Shown: positions 63,654 to 64,000 of the stretch, in pieces
How positions within the stretch are numbered: position 1 is the first letter of the stretch
How the letters are laid out: the number at the start of each line of letters is the position of its first letter
DNA from: Perkinsela sp. CCAP 1560/9
Lineage: Eukaryota > Protista > Euglenozoa: Kinetoplastea
Reading direction: 5' to 3'
NCBI GenBank assembly: GCA_965644495.1
Contig: CBFFSA010000006.1
Coordinates: 744,001 to 808,000 of the forward strand
DNA length: 64,000 nt
Notes under the pieces: model-generated
Told to the model about the DNA's origin: nothing
The model's input: the letters and a program-made list of their open reading frames with translations, nothing else
Databases searched by the model: none
Program-made: the position numbers and the translations under genes

Positions 63654-63722
63654 CTGATAATGCATAAAATTCACACAATGATAATGCATAAAACTCGCAC
63701 ACTGATAATGCATAAAACTCAT
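63654..63722. repeat. About 24-bp tandem repeat x3
   Basis: TGATAATGCATAAAA(T/C)TC units; a reverse family A fragment lies adjacent at about 63550-63600. Confidence 0.8.
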
Positions 63723-64000
63723 AGTCTAACTAGTATTTTAGTACGTACTATGAGATACTACTTTGGTGAGTGCATATTCTTGGAAAATAAGTTTCGCCGT
63801 AGTTGCCCCAATCTTTTTGCTTTGTATAATACGCTGATTTAATTTTATCTTTGGGTTACAGTGGTATACAAATCATATCATTCTTGTCTACTTAGAATAT
63901 TGCATTTTATTAAACACGACTTTCCCTTCATATGAGAGATAACACAGCGGAACACGTTTCCACACCCGTTCCGGAAAACACTCGCCGACGGGCCTCTGCT

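Noticed and set aside
1-64000. Alternative genetic code or cis-introns
   Set aside because: Conserved genes are uninterrupted and end in TAA, TAG or TGA

Overview
Intron-less eukaryotic DNA from a kinetoplastid flagellate. Diagnostic genes are the RNA-editing factors MRP2/gBP25 and RESC6/MRB3010, an ApbE-FRD-cytb5R fumarate reductase and a kinetoplastid-type STT3. The small-LRR family and divergent proteins suggest a Perkinsela-like (Prokinetoplastina) lineage, which is inference. About 25 housekeeping genes all lie on the + strand, as in one polycistronic unit with polypyrimidine/AG trans-splice signals. Six intergenic islands (about 0.95-2.3, 12.9-14.3, 20.2-24.8, 46.0-48.2, 50.2-57.0 and 62.3-64 kb) are packed with nested TA-flanked inverted-repeat elements, DD35E IS630/Tc1-type transposase relics, MITEs and a CRE/SLACS-like retroelement fragment. 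Most notable observations: (1) TIR elements carrying cargo, namely a frameshifted Ulp1/SENP-like protease, a Zn-ribbon ORF and an LRR gene; (2) a hairpin-ended repeat hit twice, independently, at the same TATA by the DD35E element; (3) recurrent intragenic C-rich to G-rich skew flips, one coinciding with an RGG tail on RESC6; (4) a probably inactivated phage/giant-virus-type HNH gene; (5) TACATGTA/TACAGTA clusters that resemble transposon excision footprints. All assignments are from motif recognition by eye; no searches were run.
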